Positions 33,569 through 46,770 of a DNA stretch of 64,000 nt are shown one piece after another (the first letter of the stretch is position 1; every line of letters starts with the position of its first letter). Both the position numbers and the translations under genes were made by a program. The DNA is from Schizochytrium sp. TIO01 (taxonomy: Eukaryota > Protista > Bigyra: Labyrinthulomycetes). The stretch covers positions 534,747 through 598,746 of the forward strand of contig SMSO01000037.1 in the NCBI GenBank assembly GCA_004764695.1. Direction: 5' to 3'. Under the pieces are notes generated by a model, which saw only the letters and a program-made list of their open reading frames with translations, had not been told where the DNA came from and ran no database searches.

Positions 33569-36500
33569 ATGTCGCTCTTCCTCGCACGGCCTGACTGCGT
33601 TGGGCATTTCCAAAAGGATGGCAAGAGTGAGTTTGCAAAAGATGGCTAACGACAGCTACATCTCATGGACGATTTTTTTGCTATCTGGTCCGTTTCTGTT
33701 CCTTCATTAAAGTTTGGCGAATGGATTGTCTACCCTGAAGCCTTTATCTCTGTTTCTTGTTTGCATGTTTTTACACTTGTAGTGGCAACGCTGTAGAAAA
33801 TATTGTATCAGTCGTCTCTCAGGGGGAGCAAAAGGAACGCTATGAGCGAGACATTTGTTGACTGTGTTCCGATTCAACTGGCATGGAGTACTAACAACGA
33901 AAGAAACCCTTTTCATATTTTCTATCAATCCGTGTGTTTCTTTAACTGTGTAACTGCGTGTATTCTGGCCGATTGTGGTCTTTGAAATGATATCTTTGCT
34001 ATTAACGTGAACACAGCTCGCATGAAGATCCAAGCTCTGGGCGTCTCGCCAGATGGGAAAAGGCTAGCAACTGCAGGTGGAGGTAAGTAGCGATGTACTA
34101 GAAACTTGATTTATGAGCAAATTGGTCAGATAATATCGGAATTGGCTGAGAACTGGCAATTGAAGCAGAATAACATTAGAAGGAAACTAACACTGACAAG
34201 GTTTGACACATAGACAACAAAACTAAAATTTGGGACATTGAGGCCTTTTCAAAGAATGGGTCGGGTGATAGTTTGGAATCCACAAGCCTTCTTTGGTCTG
34301 GGTCAACTGAGAATGAAACAAGAGTTTTGCAATGGTCTCCCGACGGACACTTTCTCGCTTCTGGCGACGCTATGGGGCTCGTTATGCTTTATACACAACA
34401 ACCTCATAACCAAAATGGTTTATATAACAGCTTTGACAAGGATGCAAAAAACAATCGAGAAACATGGAAATGCATAGCAACTTTCCGTGGGCACAACATG
34501 GATATCACGGGCTTGTCGTGGGCACCCGGAAGCAATATGGTAGCGTCATCAAGTATTGACAATTGTATTCGTATCTGGTCTGTGCGCGAAGAGATGAGAA
34601 CTCGCAGTTTCAATCTCATTGAAGCAGATTCAATTGCGACACTCAAGGGGCATTCTGGTTGGGTCATGGGTGTAGCTTGGGATCCCGTAGGGCGCTATAT
34701 TGCAAGTGTTGGCAATAATCATGTAATTCTTTGGCGCTGCGGAGACTGGAAATGTGAAACCCGTATCAAAGGGCCTTTTCAAGAAGGCGAATGTCAGGAC
34801 ATGCGCAAATTCCTCTCCTGGTCACCAGATGGCGTGTTTTTGTCTATGTCTCATGCATACGACGAGCCACGCAATGTTGGTTATGTAATTGAAAGGAACA
34901 AGTGGAAAGATCAAGAGTCTTCAGTGCGCCTTGTGGGTCATAGTGCTCCCATCACCTGTTGCAGTTTCAGCCCTTGCATATACTCGCATGGCGCGGAAAA
35001 ACCGAAATCCACCATTTGCGCGATTGCCTGTGAAAAATCAACTATGACGCTATGGACTCCAGGTCATAACCGTCCGTTGCTCATTCTGCGCAAAGTTTTT
35101 GACCGCAGTAAAGTTCAAGACATGGGCTGGTCAGGTGACGGCTCTGTGCTGATTTTCTGCTCTTCAGATGGTTTAATTGCTTGTCTGCAATGCCGTAGTC
35201 TTCAATCGCATGAACTGATTGGTTCGGCAATTTCCAAAGCAGAATTGACAGAGCTTTTGAACGAATACTACGGCGAAGAGGATCTACGTCAGTCTCAACC
35301 AAGTATTCCTGAAACCCCACTCCAATTCCAGTTGGAGAATCGTGCCAAGGGTGTTGCAGAGCCCGCCACGCCATCCGATGTAACCACCAATGGGAGCCCT
35401 ACCCAAATCTCAAATTCACACGTAAATACGTTAACCAGTGTAAGCGCATCCAGTCTTGCAAGTACAGGGAAACCATCCCAGACTGAGGTTGTCACTGCAA
35501 ATGGAAAACGTCGAATTACCCCAGTGGCACTAAGTAGTACACAAGCAAGTATGGGAACGAGTACTCAACCAAACGTTCTTGTTCCTCGACGTCGTAACGA
35601 GGTAGTGCGCCCTCCAAGTCCATTATCTGCGCGCATGCCTCAAGGTGAGGTGAGCTCGTCACTATCTGGCAACGGTGAGCAGGCTTCGTCAGCAATGGTG
35701 AGCTCAACTACTTTGCTCAGCTCACCTCCTTCTTCAACGACAATTCAGAATGACACTTTGGTGGATACAACGTCTGCACCCACAGGAACAGGAGCTGTTG
35801 GAGCAGCAAAGGACAATGCGATAACTGATACTCAACTCAGTGAACCTAGAGTAGCTGCAACGCCTGTTCCAGTATCCAGTCGTCATAGCTCACTGCACCG
35901 CTTGGTTGTGGTCTCAAAAGAGGACAATATTAATGAGCGCGATCGTATTTTGCGCAGCGCAAAACGAGGTCGGGTCTGGGCCACTCGCTGCTTTCACCCA
36001 CAAGGATCTGGGCAGTTGAAAATCCAGATTCGACGCGTCAAAACAAAGCCATTGTTTGGTCAGGCTGACACGAAAGCTCAAGGGCGAATGGAGTCTCTAT
36101 TGACACTTTCAGAAAGTGCAGGAAAGTCTAGCTGGACATCAACTGTCCGCGGACGGGTTTGTGCTGCTGTTTCAAATGATGTGTTCACTGCTTGTGCAAC
36201 CCGAGATAACGATCTCTGTCTCTTTGGTATTGCAGGTGAAATGCTTCTTCCGCCTATTCGTCTACCAGCTCGGGTTGCAAACTTGGCTTCAGGAGGTCCA
36301 GGGAGTCCGTTCCTCGGCTGTGTTACGTGCGACGGTAGACTTCGTATCTGGAACGTTACAACACTGACAGCGATGGTGATGGACGTGCCGCTAGATCCTC
36401 TTTGGGCACGCCTTTCATCTACACGCCCACGCAGGATGGTGCTGCGCTCTCTTGTACCAGCTATCTCGCGTTTCACTACAGACAAATCCCGTGGCGAAGG

Positions 36501-37500
36501 TATGGGTATTTTGGCTGGTCTTGAGGATCCTAAGGAGCGCAACGGTCCTGGCTCCCAAGAAGATGACCTTTCGCAGGACCAGGAACTGGAGGAAACCTTA
36601 GATGACGATGGTGATGAGGATGATGACTCAAGTGCTAGCGAAGGAGAAGGTATTGATGATGATAGTGATGCAGACGATGCAATAAGCGAAAATGGAGTTC
36701 AGGATAAGGCTGCAGACACTGAGGATATTCTTGCAACCTCAACAATTGCCGCGTTTGGTTTGTCTCCAGAAGGTGTGGCGATCCTAATTTTTGCAAAGGA
36801 CGAATCATTTGGCTACCGTGAGGAATGTGCTGCGTTTGCCTATGAAGACAAAATGCATGTATGGGTCCGCGTTGCAGATATCGAAGAGTTTACGAACTCT
36901 GAGTTTTATAGTACTCTGTCTTTCAGTTTGAATGCGCAAGATGCGCAGGTCCTTGCTTCCTTGCGTCAGACAACACTCGAGGTTGGACGAGAGGCCGGGT
37001 TGAGCATCTCGGAACCTCATGTGCGTGCCCGAGAGCTTGCTTCGTTGAATCGTACGACAGAGAACTTTTCTAAGTTCACGGCAAGTCGTCATGCTGAAGC
37101 CTTGCAGAATGCTGCGATGGTGCTACAACGTCCTGCGGAATACAAAAAATGGCTTGGAGTTTACGCTCGTCAGTTGGCTTCAGAAGGAGATGAAGCGAGG
37201 CTTTCTGCTCTCAGCCATGCCCTTTTGGGATCAAGCAAGAGTGCCTCTAACAGCAGGCTTCTGGACGCACTGTCCAAATCTGAACTAGCTTCAGCTTGGA
37301 AGCCTGACATGCTCGGAAGACAAGTTAACAAGCGTTCATTGTTATCCGAAGTGGTGGTTCCAGCCATTGCCTCCAACCGACAGCTTCAGCAGCTTGCAAC
37401 AGAAATTTCTCAAGCCTTGAAAAATCATTCTGATTCTATTTTGAATGAGCCTCTTTCCAGTAGCCAGCAGCAAACTAAACGCCTTCGTACAGATAATTAA
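33569..37500 (+). CDS. HIRA: Histone H3.3 chaperone HIRA; join(33569..33626,34017..34082,34214..37500)
   Basis: Spliced N-terminus MSLFLARPDCVGH...|..SPDGKRLATAGG|DNKTKIWD. WD40 repeats include GHSGWVMGVAWDPVGRYIAS and WSPDG. ASF1-binding B-domain QTEVVTANGKRRITPV. C-terminal Hira domain EYKKWL..YARQLA.EG.E.RL. Confidence 0.92.
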
Positions 37501-37926
37501 ACAACGTAATCTCGAGCGTGCTTCTTTTCTTGTTTCTTATTTGCGTTGTAAGACCTTGTAAGAATGACCAACGATCTTATAAAATTAAGTTCACACAGAT
37601 TCTTGTCGTTTGCTCTGTGCCTTCTTTGGATCCCCATCCTGCAAAAGAAGAACAGCGAAAAATGTGTTTCAACAAATCACAAGAACTTGCGCCCTAAACA
37701 TTGAGAAACATCGTTTCAATATTTCGCGTTTTTTTTTTTTAAAGCAGGGCCGCCTTTCGGTATTACTATAAAGCTTTCACTACTGCTCTAGCTTGAAAGA
37801 TGTCATATCCTGAAAGGTGAGACGAGTTCAAACGACAACGTATTGGCAAAACCTGGAAAATTTGCAGAGTTTGATTAATCCAGATACTGCATCCTGGAAA
37901 CTATGTATTGATCAGGTGTGTTCTAT

Positions 37927-38790
37927 TTAAGATAGGGTGTCTTCTGATGAAGGAAGGGGGGAACGTGGTCCCATTTCAGCTATTGATGGGTCGCTTGCAG
38001 CTTGGTGCATCTCCGTATCTTTATTAGCAATGAGCAGCTCTAACATTCTGGTCTCTTCATGGTATACAGCATCGCTTTGTGATGGCCGGAGCTTCCTACT
38101 ATGATATTTACTCATTGTGTGAAATTTACCTTCTCCGGAGTCGCTTCTGTCTGCTAAGACTTGTCCAGAGATCCTCCGGAAGCTTCTTTGAGCTTCATTT
38201 CGGAAACTTGTGACATGTGGATGGCGGGCCGATAAGTATACTGCATTGGGTTTGTCTCTCTCAAACTCAGCACTGTTGCTGTCCGCCATGCTTGTAGGTG
38301 ATTTGATTTGAAAAGAGCAGTTTAATGTATCTGCAGTGGTCTTACGACGCATGGAGCGGATAGATGCAGGCGCTGTTGATCGAAAAGACTGCTGGCGAAA
38401 AGACTGCTGGCGAAAAGACTGCTGAAGGGCAACTATGTTTTGACTGCTTCGATGGATAGGAAGTTTATTCATGGCTTCTTCTTCAAGCTTAGATTGACTT
38501 GTAGCAACTGTTTCCGAGACTGACTTATCTGAAAAAACACGTGGTGTCCAGTGACACAATCTTGCAATCCAACTACGTGGTCTTCGAACAACAGTTCCTT
38601 GCTGCCTCACAATAAATCCTGGGTCTGGAGCAACTACACCCATGAGATATATTGTAAAATTCACACAGGCAAATTCACCAGCATGAACTTTGCCTGGTGT
38701 TTTGTTTTCGACAAGTTTTTGAAGAGTGCTCCTCAGATTTTTTGATGTTCCTTCCCAGTTTTCGTGAAGAATACGAAAATGAGTGCTCAT
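37927..38790 (-). CDS. Hypothetical low-complexity protein (start uncertain; internal ATG MGVVAP possible)
   Basis: 287-codon ORF with protein-like composition and a 3x QQSFR repeat; no recognisable domain. Confidence 0.5.
   Translation of the reverse strand: MSTHFRILHENWEGTSKNLRSTLQKLVENKTPGKVHAGEFACVNFTIYLMGVVAPDPGFIVRQQGTVVRRPRSWIARLCHWTPRVFSDKSVSETVATSQSKLEEEAMNKLPIHRSSQNIVALQQSFRQQSFRQQSFRSTAPASIRSMRRKTTADTLNCSFQIKSPTSMADSNSAEFERDKPNAVYLSARHPHVTSFRNEAQRSFRRISGQVLADRSDSGEGKFHTMSKYHSRKLRPSQSDAVYHEETRMLELLIANKDTEMHQAASDPSIAEMGPRSPLPSSEDTLS
38381..38424. repeat. 15-bp tandem repeat x3 (encodes QQSFR on the minus strand)
   Basis: cgaaaagactgctgg x3 read directly (last copy lacks one base). 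Confidence 0.85.
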
Positions 38791-41557
38791 CTAAAACGTT
38801 GCCATGCAGCAGCCAGCTTGCGGACTTGTGCCCGCCTCGGACTCTTTTGGTTAGGTGTTATGCCAAACGCTCCTTCAGATCCATCCAAGGTTATGCTCAA
38901 TTTAACATGCAAGCACCGGTCGCGACTTGATGTTATCTGTAAGCTACTGGATATAGATGAAGCTGAAAAATGGAAACAATTCGCTCCAGCAACTTTAGCG
39001 CTCACAAGGTTAAATCTAAGTCAGAAGATCTGAACCAATGCTTTTGCCGAGCCGGGAAAAGAGCACAGGCTAAATTTCGAAGTCTCTTCCGCCTGATGAC
39101 TACCAGGTTGACTCTGGTAGCTCTTGTCGGAAGGCCAAACCTTGCTGCGTTTCTGTACACTTTGGCAATCAGTTTGTTTCTGGGAACACCGGCGGTTCCT
39201 GGCGAGGCTGTTCGATATGCTTGCACACTATTCTTTGAGTGGCTGAGACCTGGCCCAGCTGCTGAGCAGTTTTCTGAAAAAAGCTATTAGCTTTACCGTC
39301 TACAATTGCTTCTCAATTATCTACTAGTAATTTGGTATTTATAATCAATAAAACAGATTTAAAAATATATGATTAAATCACTATCATACGTATGTCCCAA
39401 TTATAAAAGGCGATACATTCGTTGGTATCGGAGAAATTTTTCCGTACAGAAACGAGAATGTAATACGGACTTTGTAAATAAAACCCTAAGACTTAACCCA
39501 CGATGGTCAATAGCAAGGGCGGCGAATCCATTTCCTCTTTCACATGTGTTGTGTTTAGTTGTTATATGTAGTTTAACCTTAGCTTGTTGAGACCAAACTG
39601 TTGCTTTGATCTAGTTAGCATAAAGAGGAGAGCTAAGGTTGTAAGCTTTTTGGTCAGAACGCCTGATCATACTCAAGCTGGATTGATCAAACTATTAATT
39701 TGCAATTCTATTCACAGTATCCCCTTTGTCTTTGTACAAAACTAATTGCAACAATTAAAGGGCTTTAATAAATATCATGAGAAATGAGGGAACCCGCACT
39801 ATCGATGGTATAAGTTTATTACTCAACGGATCAATGCATCTCATATATATGCAAATGGTTGTGGTACAGTTACAGCACCAACACTAAATTGGGCACACAT
39901 AATCAATGCGTTTCTTCGGCTAGAACAGGGAGGCAGGTCAGTCTATTGAAGCAAAGGGAGTGAAGAAGGGTAGTTCTGTCATTTTGATATGAAGTGAGTT
40001 GTTACGTCGAGCGATTGATTCAACTGTATAGCGATACGTAAAGCAAAACTGTTCAAACATTATGAAAAAAGATTGAGGCCAAAGGGAAAAAGGGAACACT
40101 TATCTACCATCTCCGCGCCCGGCCAGGATGTTTCGCAGTGTTATGAATGGGGGACTTTCAACAATTTGTTAACTAGGATATCCATATTGGTCTCTGAGTC
40201 ACTTGTATGTACTTCATAGACAAAACTGTACTTTCCCAAAGTCAATCTAACTCTGATATCCCATGGTATCAGTAGGCACTACTAGAATTGATTTTGTTAA
40301 ACTATAAAACAAAAGTTGGGTAGGCCTAATAAAAGCTCAAGTAGAAGAAGTATTTCTGATAGTATAGAAATATGGCTAAACATTATCTATAAGAAGTAGA
40401 TAGGTGTAGGTAGGTACCCACCTCCCCCTACGGAACAAAAAGAAAAAAAAACCTAGCATAATGTATTGGAATTTATATTCGTTAGAGAGATGGCAAGAAT
40501 TACGCAGGAGTAGAGAGCCAAGGGTAAGACTAAAGTAGTGGATATTCGAAGTGTTGATGCGCGGAATCCAAGATGCGTTGGCAAAAGAATTGGATTAATC
40601 AAGACGTCACCGTGCGCGGTTACTTTCCATATACTCTAGCTAACCAACCAATGGAAAACGCTCTGTGGCCCATTGGGCGTGTTGAGAGACCAGCTTCTGC
40701 TTTGGGAGGTCATAGTATAGTCCATTCGTGAACTAATAGCCAGAATGAACTTTTTAGCAAGATGAGGTATTATCGTCGTTATATATTGGTTGTTTCCCTT
40801 GTCTGCTTGTTTACTTGTCTACTCATGTTGTGTCGTGTTATTTTGTTTTGCTAAAAAACTTATTTTTAAAAAAATGAAAGAAACGAAATTCAATCATGAA
40901 CATGAAATTGGCTATGGCGATTTAACCATCAGAAATACATTTTACAGCATAGTGGATTTCACTTATCATACACAGCGAAGGCATTTAAACAGCGAGGAAG
41001 GGAGGCACCGATCAATTGATTTTGCTGGCTATCTGGTTATGAGTTAAACTTGTATTGGATGGATTTTATTTTGTATTACCAACCATCGGGAAAGTAAGGA
41101 CATAACAAAAGCCCACGAAGTCACATTTGGCGCGCAAAAGGTCCTGCAGACAAGATCGATAATACACATCCGCGTTCAAGGAGAAAGCTTTCCCATAGAA
41201 AGATCCTTACGCTGCTCTATGCAGAAAATACATTGAATCCATTTTAAGCAACTGCTGTGGTTCATATAAGTTGAGGTCAACTGCAAGCCACTACTAGCAA
41301 ACCTTAGGTAGTTTTTTACAATTTGTCCTCCGTCTCATTGTTTCTTCCTGTCAACAAGTTGAGAAAGCCAGGACTAGGTACAGATCAAGAACTTTGAGAA
41401 GAAAAGACAAGGAAGCTTGACTACCCAGCATAGTTCCTCTAAAACTTTGACTGAGGGAGAGCAGGCCCCAGCAAGGCTGCCTTGAAGACTTGCAAAACTG
41501 TAATCGGAGGTGGGGTTACAGAGAATCGTTCAAGGCCTTCAAGAAGGTCAAGCAACA

Positions 41558-42844
41558 ATGTACATCGGACCATGGCAAGAGTATCAGCTCTCCCAGAGCG
41601 TGGAAAACCCTCACAATCGGTTTTCCCGTATGGTGAGGCGCGCGACGGCGCCACCAAACAGCGTCAAAACTGTTGATGTTGATCTGGAACCTGATACTCC
41701 AGAGACAGACGCAGACGAGACAGAACTGCTAGAACTTCGCGATGAGCCAGGCAACGAAGATGCTAGTATGATGCAGCTGCTTGAGCAGCGCATTCATGAG
41801 ATGGACGATGGTCAAGTTGACAACCTACTCCATCAGCTTCACAGCGTAGCAAACGACGAGAAGTCTCGCAAGAGTGTACTTATTAGTTTCTTTCGTCAGA
41901 ACACTACATCGCACTCGCGCTCACACGATGATTCGACCCTGTCTTCTAAGAATGCAAAACAGCATCGAGTTCGATTTGGATCTCAAGGCATTCTTCCTCA
42001 CCATGGTGCAGCAGCAGCTGCCACGCAACATCGGCCGTCCCCTCTTTCGCGAGGTAGCGTCAATATGGGAACTGAACGAAAACGCTTTGGAACGACCGGC
42101 GCTCTTCCTCGTCCGAGCAAGTCGACCCTAATTGCTATGCGTCGCAGGCAATTCTATGAAAGCAAACAAGCAGACCTTGGTGACAATAAGGACCAGTATT
42201 CTGAGTGTAAAGGTGATGAAGACGAGCTCACAATGGATGATGACGATGCCAAAATCGATGACCACAGCGACTGCAAAAACAACAACAAATACGATCAAAA
42301 TGTTTCACACCACACCGAAAGCAAGGATGACGAGTTTTTCGAGGCTCCAGCAATTTTACCTACGCGCCCGTCTTTATTGTTTGACACTCTGGTACCAGCT
42401 CCCGATACTCGAGAGCCAGTGAATGAAGAGCGCTCCCCAGCGGCATCCCCAAGGTCCCCAGACCAGCCAAACTTACCGCGCATTGGAGGACCTACCCGTG
42501 CCCAGGGTCGTAGTAAGGTTATGGAGCCCCTTTCAGAGGGATGGCCGCAAGCAATCTCCAATAGTCTTGATGAACTCGATCTGCGTAGCGCCAAGGCTGA
42601 GCCCACTACAGCCGAGCTTGCGCTGCCATGTGTCGATGGTCTCGACTTTTCAGCTTGTGATGATGTTGAGTTTAAGGATGAGGACAACTACGGCTCGCCA
42701 TCATCCACAACTGAGCACAAGGTCGATGATCTCATAGCTTGGACCCGTGACCTGGGCATGAATTCAGATGACGAATCTCTCTTTGATGACCAGGCTGGTG
42801 CAAGTGATGATGATGATGAGCTCACTCTTGAGCTTGAGATGTAA
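41558..42844 (+). CDS. Hypothetical acidic, largely disordered protein
   Basis: 428-codon ORF from ATG 41558 (MYIGPWQEYQL...), with a C-terminal VDDLIAWTRDL helix. Confidence 0.75.
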   Translation: MYIGPWQEYQLSQSVENPHNRFSRMVRRATAPPNSVKTVDVDLEPDTPETDADETELLELRDEPGNEDASMMQLLEQRIHEMDDGQVDNLLHQLHSVANDEKSRKSVLISFFRQNTTSHSRSHDDSTLSSKNAKQHRVRFGSQGILPHHGAAAAATQHRPSPLSRGSVNMGTERKRFGTTGALPRPSKSTLIAMRRRQFYESKQADLGDNKDQYSECKGDEDELTMDDDDAKIDDHSDCKNNNKYDQNVSHHTESKDDEFFEAPAILPTRPSLLFDTLVPAPDTREPVNEERSPAASPRSPDQPNLPRIGGPTRAQGRSKVMEPLSEGWPQAISNSLDELDLRSAKAEPTTAELALPCVDGLDFSACDDVEFKDEDNYGSPSSTTEHKVDDLIAWTRDLGMNSDDESLFDDQAGASDDDDELTLELEM

Positions 42845-43303
42845 ATCTCTTTACAAGATTATTTGGTAGAGCGTACGCAATTTCTGCTTCGAATATAAAA
42901 ATCGAGTCCGCGCTTATATATTGTAAATCTAGACTTCTGTACAAGAAATTATTTGTATGATTGATAATACTCCAAAACCTTTTCGATCTTCTGATATCAA
43001 AGAATAGTGCCAGACAACACAAACTGTGTTTTTAGAGTTACTACTTGTCGCTTCGTGGGCATGTGTGTGTTCTACTTTTGCTTGCAAAGTTTCGCCCCTG
43101 AAATCTCATATTTTCATTTAGCAAAACATGTTTCTCAATTGAGGGGAAATAACGAAGTCATTAAGGAGTGCAAACACAGCATAGTAAATAGTGAATATGA
43201 GCAAACCCAAAAACAAAACTGAGATAATACTTTAATAGATATGATATAAGAACTTCTTGAAGCTCATTGTGATGAAATATTTGAGATGATATTTGACGTC
43301 AGA

Positions 43304-45724
43304 TTACTTTGAGCAACTTATGTTGCTAAGCTCAGGTTCATGTTTGTTCTTAAAAGTAGGTTTCTTGATAAGGATTGTTGTTTGCTCGACAACATCACGA
43401 ATCATTCGAAATCGTTTCCGAGCAAGGTAACCTCGAAAGACCATCTGTATTCTAATAGCGGCGGTGTCATGCTGTAAGGCTGTGAGTGTTTCTAGCGCGT
43501 ACATTTTCGTCAGACCTGACCCACTCTTGCTTAAGGAAATGAGATGGCCGAGCGCACCAGACTGCACAAACGCTTGCTTGATTGTAACATCTCTGGATAG
43601 ATTCCCCAGAGCTCGAACACTTTCTCTTTTTGCAATTTCGTGTTTACAGCGAGGAGAAATCATGTAAAGTAATGCATCAAGTGCACGTGCTCGGATAAGG
43701 CTAGGGAAGGTAGACTCCTCCTCAGAGATCCTTGCAAGGATGACTGCAAGATCGGCATTGACGTCTTCGTCAAAAATATTACAAAAGCCAATGAATTGCT
43801 TCAGCATTTCCAAATCATTACCGAGTTCAATTTTGGCTTGACTGGATATTGTAAGGTGAGCCGCCAAACTAAGTGTGAGAGTGCGCAAGTGAAAGTCCTT
43901 GCTTCGCAGGAAAACGCGAATGGGATGTAGGACCCCACTTTCTAAGAGTTGGGTATGTCGGAGACCTGCTTCTTCAGCTTCGGCCAAGTTACTGAGGATC
44001 TTGGCGACTATGCGTGGAATCCTTTTGTCTATAGACTGTAAAATAGTATCTTCATACAGTAACTTTGGTAGCTCACGGCTCACAAGCTCATCTCGCAAAT
44101 TTGCTTGCATTGATAAATTCAGAAGAATTGTCAGACCAAAACGCAAGGCTTCTTGCTCGAGTTCTGCCATCGTCCTAACTTTGGTGGAATTATTCTGCTT
44201 CTTTTTCTTTTGTTGGTCCTTGGCCTCGCGCTGCGTGGGGTTAGAACTGTTCAATTGTGGAGTATCTTTCATCATGGTGCTTCGTCTATTGTTTGGCTGT
44301 TCTACTGATACACTAGAGGGTCGAGATGAGGGTGTTGGGTACTCTGACGACTCTTCTCGTTCCTGGGCGTCCAAGTTTTCCGATACTGAGACGACATTTT
44401 CGACACCGTCCTGTGTGGTAGCTTGGATTTGTAAAGGAGATATTTCAAGCAAACGCCGTGTAGATTTTCCTACGCGGCCACCAGTGTTAGATAGGTGTTG
44501 TGCAAACCGCATAGCACGATACGTACGTATTTCCTTGAGTTCATCGAATATAACTCTCGAAATAGTCTCTACAACACCTTCCTCCAGGAAAGTTTTAAGA
44601 ACCTCAGAGCAGGACGATAGACCTAATAAACACTGTATTACAATTGTAATCGTTTCAAGACTTGATGTTTGCGGATCTAAGTGTAATAAAAGTGGGGTAA
44701 GGACACCACGCTCAACGAGGAGCTCCCGTCGACTGTGACTCGATGCAATCGATGATACCATACTCATCATGTCTCTTCGGATTTGAAGGTCAGGGCTATC
44801 GAGGAGGAGGCTAATCATTGCTTTGATAGCACCCAAATCCTTAGCGATTTCCTCATGATTTGGACCATGTGCAGCAAGTCTTTTGAGCACCTGAGTTGCT
44901 TTCCGGACAGAAACTTCGTCTGTAGTTTGTGCTAATGCAAAGAGATGCTTTACTCCACCACTTAAAACGAGCGCTTCCTTTGTTTCAGGAGACCGAGATA
45001 ACTCCATAAAAATGTTTACACATGCTCGTCGTACATCAACCGAGGAGGAACGACAAATGTAAAAAACACTACGAAGACCGTCTGGCGCTTTAATGAAACG
45101 ACTTCGGACATCAGGGAGGCAAACGAGGAAGCTGAGGGCAATCGCTGCATCTCTCTGTATAGCCGTATCATTGACGTCATTATTCATACCAATCAGTGCA
45201 ATAACAGCTCCAAGTGCCCCCGCCTCAGACAAGACCTGTAGGTTTGCCTCATTCATTGCCAGGGTTGCAAAAGCAGCAGCAGCATCTCTTCGCACTTCAG
45301 TAAATGTGCTCCAGTAAGCTAAATCCACAAGGGGTCGCAAGGTCGCTACATCGAGGTCAATAACTCGAAAATTCTTTTGGGGGAGGCGTGATAACCGCAT
45401 AAAAGTCTGTGCTGCTTTCGGCGCAATGCGTTTGGAGCGTTGCGTCCCAAGGACCTTCTTCTTCTTCTTTTTCTTCTTCAAACTCTGCTGATTGTATAAG
45501 CCAAAATCAATCTCATCTGCACTATCTGAGAACGAAGACAGACCTAATTCACGCCTAACGCCAGCTTCATCAAGAATGTGGGTACGCCCACCATTCTTTT
45601 TACTACTGCTAGGTCTGTTCAATGGTGGAGATGGGATTTTGTTTTGTCTGGACCTGAGACCCGACATTGTCGTGGAGGAAGACGCTGCAAGCGACATGTT
45701 TGTACGGTTCACCCCCACTACCAT
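43304..45724 (-). CDS. Armadillo-repeat protein with a C-terminal IQ calmodulin-binding motif
   Basis: Multiple ARM repeats (VRRDAAAAFATLA, AGALGAVIAL, GGVKHLFAL, GVLTPLL, AKRESVRALGNLS, SGALGHLISL) and IQ motif AAIRIQMVFRGYLARKRF. Start is ATG 45724 or 45697. Confidence 0.85.
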   Translation of the reverse strand: MVVGVNRTNMSLAASSSTTMSGLRSRQNKIPSPPLNRPSSSKKNGGRTHILDEAGVRRELGLSSFSDSADEIDFGLYNQQSLKKKKKKKKVLGTQRSKRIAPKAAQTFMRLSRLPQKNFRVIDLDVATLRPLVDLAYWSTFTEVRRDAAAAFATLAMNEANLQVLSEAGALGAVIALIGMNNDVNDTAIQRDAAIALSFLVCLPDVRSRFIKAPDGLRSVFYICRSSSVDVRRACVNIFMELSRSPETKEALVLSGGVKHLFALAQTTDEVSVRKATQVLKRLAAHGPNHEEIAKDLGAIKAMISLLLDSPDLQIRRDMMSMVSSIASSHSRRELLVERGVLTPLLLHLDPQTSSLETITIVIQCLLGLSSCSEVLKTFLEEGVVETISRVIFDELKEIRTYRAMRFAQHLSNTGGRVGKSTRRLLEISPLQIQATTQDGVENVVSVSENLDAQEREESSEYPTPSSRPSSVSVEQPNNRRSTMMKDTPQLNSSNPTQREAKDQQKKKKQNNSTKVRTMAELEQEALRFGLTILLNLSMQANLRDELVSRELPKLLYEDTILQSIDKRIPRIVAKILSNLAEAEEAGLRHTQLLESGVLHPIRVFLRSKDFHLRTLTLSLAAHLTISSQAKIELGNDLEMLKQFIGFCNIFDEDVNADLAVILARISEEESTFPSLIRARALDALLYMISPRCKHEIAKRESVRALGNLSRDVTIKQAFVQSGALGHLISLSKSGSGLTKMYALETLTALQHDTAAIRIQMVFRGYLARKRFRMIRDVVEQTTILIKKPTFKNKHEPELSNISCSK

Positions 45725-46770
45725 ATACCGAGTGAGCTGATTGTTGTCTTGAACAGTACACGCTTTAGTAACCAAGCAGCTTGCTCTGGGATTTCTGGCT
45801 CTGGTGAGTGAATCTGGAGCAGGGACAGACTTCAAGAACGAAAGGTTTTCTGAGGGTATTCAGTTTTTCAAAGGAGGATTTCCGAGTTGCAGATCTGTAT
45901 TGTAAATACTCAGTTCCCTGGCACGTTTCCAAACAAACTCTGTAAAGGTCTATGTGACGCCAGTGCCCCTACATGCAGGCTCCAGTCAGAATGAAACACC
46001 AACCCTATTTGCCGTGGTGAAAACGATATGTAGAGAAACGTACTACACAAGCGCCACCGTCCTTCCCTCAATATTATTAACAAGAACAACGTTTGCGAAT
46101 GGCTCTGCGTGTGCGATGTATGCAAAAGAGTGATGCACTTGCAACATTCAAAGAGTTTATAGGGTAAAATTTTAAAGCATGTAGTATTAATGTCATTAAT
46201 TCTTTTTAATATTTACTTTTAAAGGAATGGGAGATGATCCTTCTCAGAACGGACAAAAGGGTGTGTACCTACTAAGATAAAGATACGAGTGGTCATGCGT
46301 GACGAATTCTTATATGCCTCTACGGATGGTAATACCTGCTAAAGTACAGCAAGTTTTATGATTGAATATTGAACATGATTGTTTAAAAAAAATTGTGCAG
46401 CTGAAATCTCTTCAATGCAACGAGTAACATCATGAAGAGATAAGGGATTGTGATCTTAGCTTGCGACCGCAGTTGTTGCTTCCTATTAAAGATACTATAA
46501 ATTGTCTATCCGCATGAACTGTATCACAGATATTCTGACACCTTATTTCTTTCATGAGTTGGTATAAATTCTCATCTACGCAAGTGGCAAACGGATTACT
46601 TAGCTTTTACATTTGGGAAAAGTACGAGAACATCTGAGGTTGCTCGCTCTCTTTTTTTTGCCAAGTGTTAAGCATACAAAGAAAAAATACGTGCATGGTT
46701 CAATATCTTGCAGATTTGAATCTAATGTATTGTTATTAGTACCCAAATATAGTTAGGTTTGGTAAGTTTC

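Noticed and set aside
38787-39226. ORFs linked by GTGA/ATGA stop-start overlaps resembling bacterial translational coupling
   Set aside because: Eukaryotic context, non-ATG starts and peptides with no recognisable features; likely coincidence.
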